Made by a program: the position numbers and the translations under genes
In this document: one piece after another, positions 62,089 to 64,000 of the stretch
Position numbering within the stretch: the first letter of the stretch is position 1
Layout: every line of letters starts with the position of its first letter
Notes under the pieces: generated by a model
The model's database searches: none
The model's input: the letters and a program-made list of their open reading frames with translations, nothing else
Told to the model about the DNA's origin: nothing
From: Saprolegnia diclina VS20
Taxonomy: Eukaryota
DNA length: 64,000 bases
Direction of reading: 5' to 3'
NCBI RefSeq assembly: GCF_000281045.1
Contig: NW_008246078.1
Location: 780,351 to 844,350 of the forward strand

Positions 62089-62920
62089 CGCTTCCAATCT
62101 TTTTCGGATCTGACAGTCAGTTTACACAGTACTGTGGGTATTACTGCCACCACTGGGTTTCTCCCAGTATGTCCCAAAAGTGCGCGAAATCTACCTACTT
62201 GACGGCCGTGGTCCAACGCACCCTTCTAGTCGCTATCGCGGGGCTGGCCCTGGCACGACCGCCTCGTACAAGATCGACGCTAACAGCGTCCCGCCATCCT
62301 CTCGAGTACCGCAATGTCAACTTGCTTCTCGCCCTCGCCCCAGGATCGCCGGTCCATGTGGTGTCGCGTTACAGGCTTCTTCGCCGCCAATGCCTGTCGA
62401 GTAGCATTGCACTTGACCGCGAAACGTGGGGCGGCCACGCTTCGCAAGCAGCCGCCGCCTACAGCAGGCGCAGTTGCCATGTATCCATGGCTCCACCGGG
62501 ATCGACGACAGGTATTAGTCGAGAATTGATTGGCGGCCGGGCAAGCTTCTTGAAGGTTCAGTATGCCCCTGGTCGATGAATTCAAGAAAATTGAAAATTG
62601 GATGGCGAACTGTCGTCGACGAGTGCCAAGTCGCAGGTTGACGTCAAGCCAGCAGGTTGGGATTAACCTCTGTTTTACCCACTTTAGTCGGTTCCCAAAC
62701 CGTATAGTCGTTTGTGGTAGTTGCGTGTCGACTAGGATCATATCCGGATCCCTGCGCCTTGGCACGACAATGTATTTTAATTCAATGTTCGAAATGATTT
62801 GTATGAAAATGAAAATAAAAGTACATTCGCATGCTGTGATTGGCACGATTCGTCCGGATACTTCCGCACGTTATAAGTGGTGGAGGGCAGAACGCAGCAG
62901 ACCACCATTTGTACCGAGAG

Positions 62921-63583
62921 ATGATGCTCCGCGTCCTTCGCCAGCCGCGCCAAGCGCGCTCCGTCGCCAAGTCCGCCGTGGCGTCCTTCTCGGACGACGC
63001 GACCAGCGGCAAGCGTGGCAAGGCCAAGCAGCGCCTCTTCCAGCAGGCCATGGAGAAGGCGCCCTTGAAGCCGACGGTGCCCACGGACGCCGAGGAGTCG
63101 GAACGCCTCTTCTTCAGCGACAAGGAGCTTGATGCGGAGTACGGCAAGTACGAGTCGGTCATGGACAACAAGAACGAGCCCGAGAGCGACTACACGCCGC
63201 TCAAGGGCCGCGTCGAGAACGAGCTCATCATGGCCGATAAGAGCTGGCCGCTCACGTCCGGTACGGACCTTTTCATGGACTTGATCCAGATCCCGGCGAC
63301 GCCGTTTGACGACGAGAAGCGCGCGATTGTGAACGCTGAGGCCTTCAAGCGCATGGGCTACACCTCGATCTGGGACGTCAAGCTGCCTGAGATTGCCGTC
63401 GAGATCCCGGCCGACCACCCGGACTACAACGCGCTCACGATCATGAAGCAGTCGCTCATGAACAACGGCCGCATCAAGATGGAAGACAAGAACGAAATCA
63501 TGGAAATGCTCTTGGACGAGATCAACCGCCTGAGCGCAGACACAACCGAGTTGGTGCCTGGCATCGACCTAGAAGACGACTAA
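62921..63583 (+). CDS. Probable mitochondrial protein of unknown function
   Basis: Arg/Ser/Ala-rich, acid-free N-terminus MMLRVLRQPRQARSVAKSAVASFS; strong coding codon bias. Confidence 0.75.
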   Translation: MMLRVLRQPRQARSVAKSAVASFSDDATSGKRGKAKQRLFQQAMEKAPLKPTVPTDAEESERLFFSDKELDAEYGKYESVMDNKNEPESDYTPLKGRVENELIMADKSWPLTSGTDLFMDLIQIPATPFDDEKRAIVNAEAFKRMGYTSIWDVKLPEIAVEIPADHPDYNALTIMKQSLMNNGRIKMEDKNEIMEMLLDEINRLSADTTELVPGIDLEDD

Positions 63584-64000
63584 ATAGCAGCCCGTGTATG
63601 GAATACAAAGTACTAGACCCCGGTTCCACCCATGATTCGATCGTTGTACGGGACCACTGAGCGCCATCGTCGTCGTCCCGTGCTGCCATATTCGACGGTG
63701 GCATGGCGCGCCATCGCGCATGACAGCTTGACCGGTGCATCATAAGTTCTTATACCGGTAGTAGAGTACGTTGACATGACCCTGCCGAGTACTCGTGACA
63801 AGCAGGAGTGATTTGAGCTATAGACTATCTACATCGAGGTCGCTACGAGCCGCTACAAGCCAAGCAGCGTGCGAAACTACAGTACTGTAGCAACTCGATC
63901 CTTGAAGCGGTTAGTCGTTCAGAAGTTGTGTTGTTTTCCGTGCAGTTGAATTTAATTGATCGGCTACGAAAAGTCTTGCATCCTAACTACATATAGTACC

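Overview
Gene-dense eukaryotic DNA, most likely a saprolegnian oomycete (inference). The evidence is GC-rich exons, many 40-60 nt GT-AG introns often starting GTAC, oomycete-type INR/FPR core promoters, a mastigoneme-type EGF protein, ciliary genes and expanded ankyrin families. There are two assembly gaps (8369-8773, 38689-39143). About 35 protein genes are present. Housekeeping genes include RACK1, RPB7, RPL19, RPL40, MCM5, uL15m, HisRS, CMC1 and a LYR protein. Secretory-pathway genes include MESD-like, temptin-like, papain, EGF/mastigoneme-like, SMS/IPC-synthase-like and ABCG. The main novelty lies between RPL19 and MCM5 (46.0-53.2 kb): a tandem array of seven highly diverged, intronless 73-126 aa microproteins on the minus strand. 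All seven share a basic heptad helix, four carry an exact C-terminal EFARLFxxN motif and two more a degenerate version. Their upstream regions are strongly enriched in CGAATCT/AGATTCG. Other notable items: a candidate membrane-tethered transcription factor with SREBP-like topology (30.3-32.1 kb), an eL40 gene without ubiquitin, an ankyrin-DUF4246 spliced fusion, an F-box-like/SET (SUVR3-like) protein, and a ~150 bp repeat present twice in inverted orientation 52.6 kb apart. Exon boundaries were read by eye and family assignments come from recalled motifs, not database searches.
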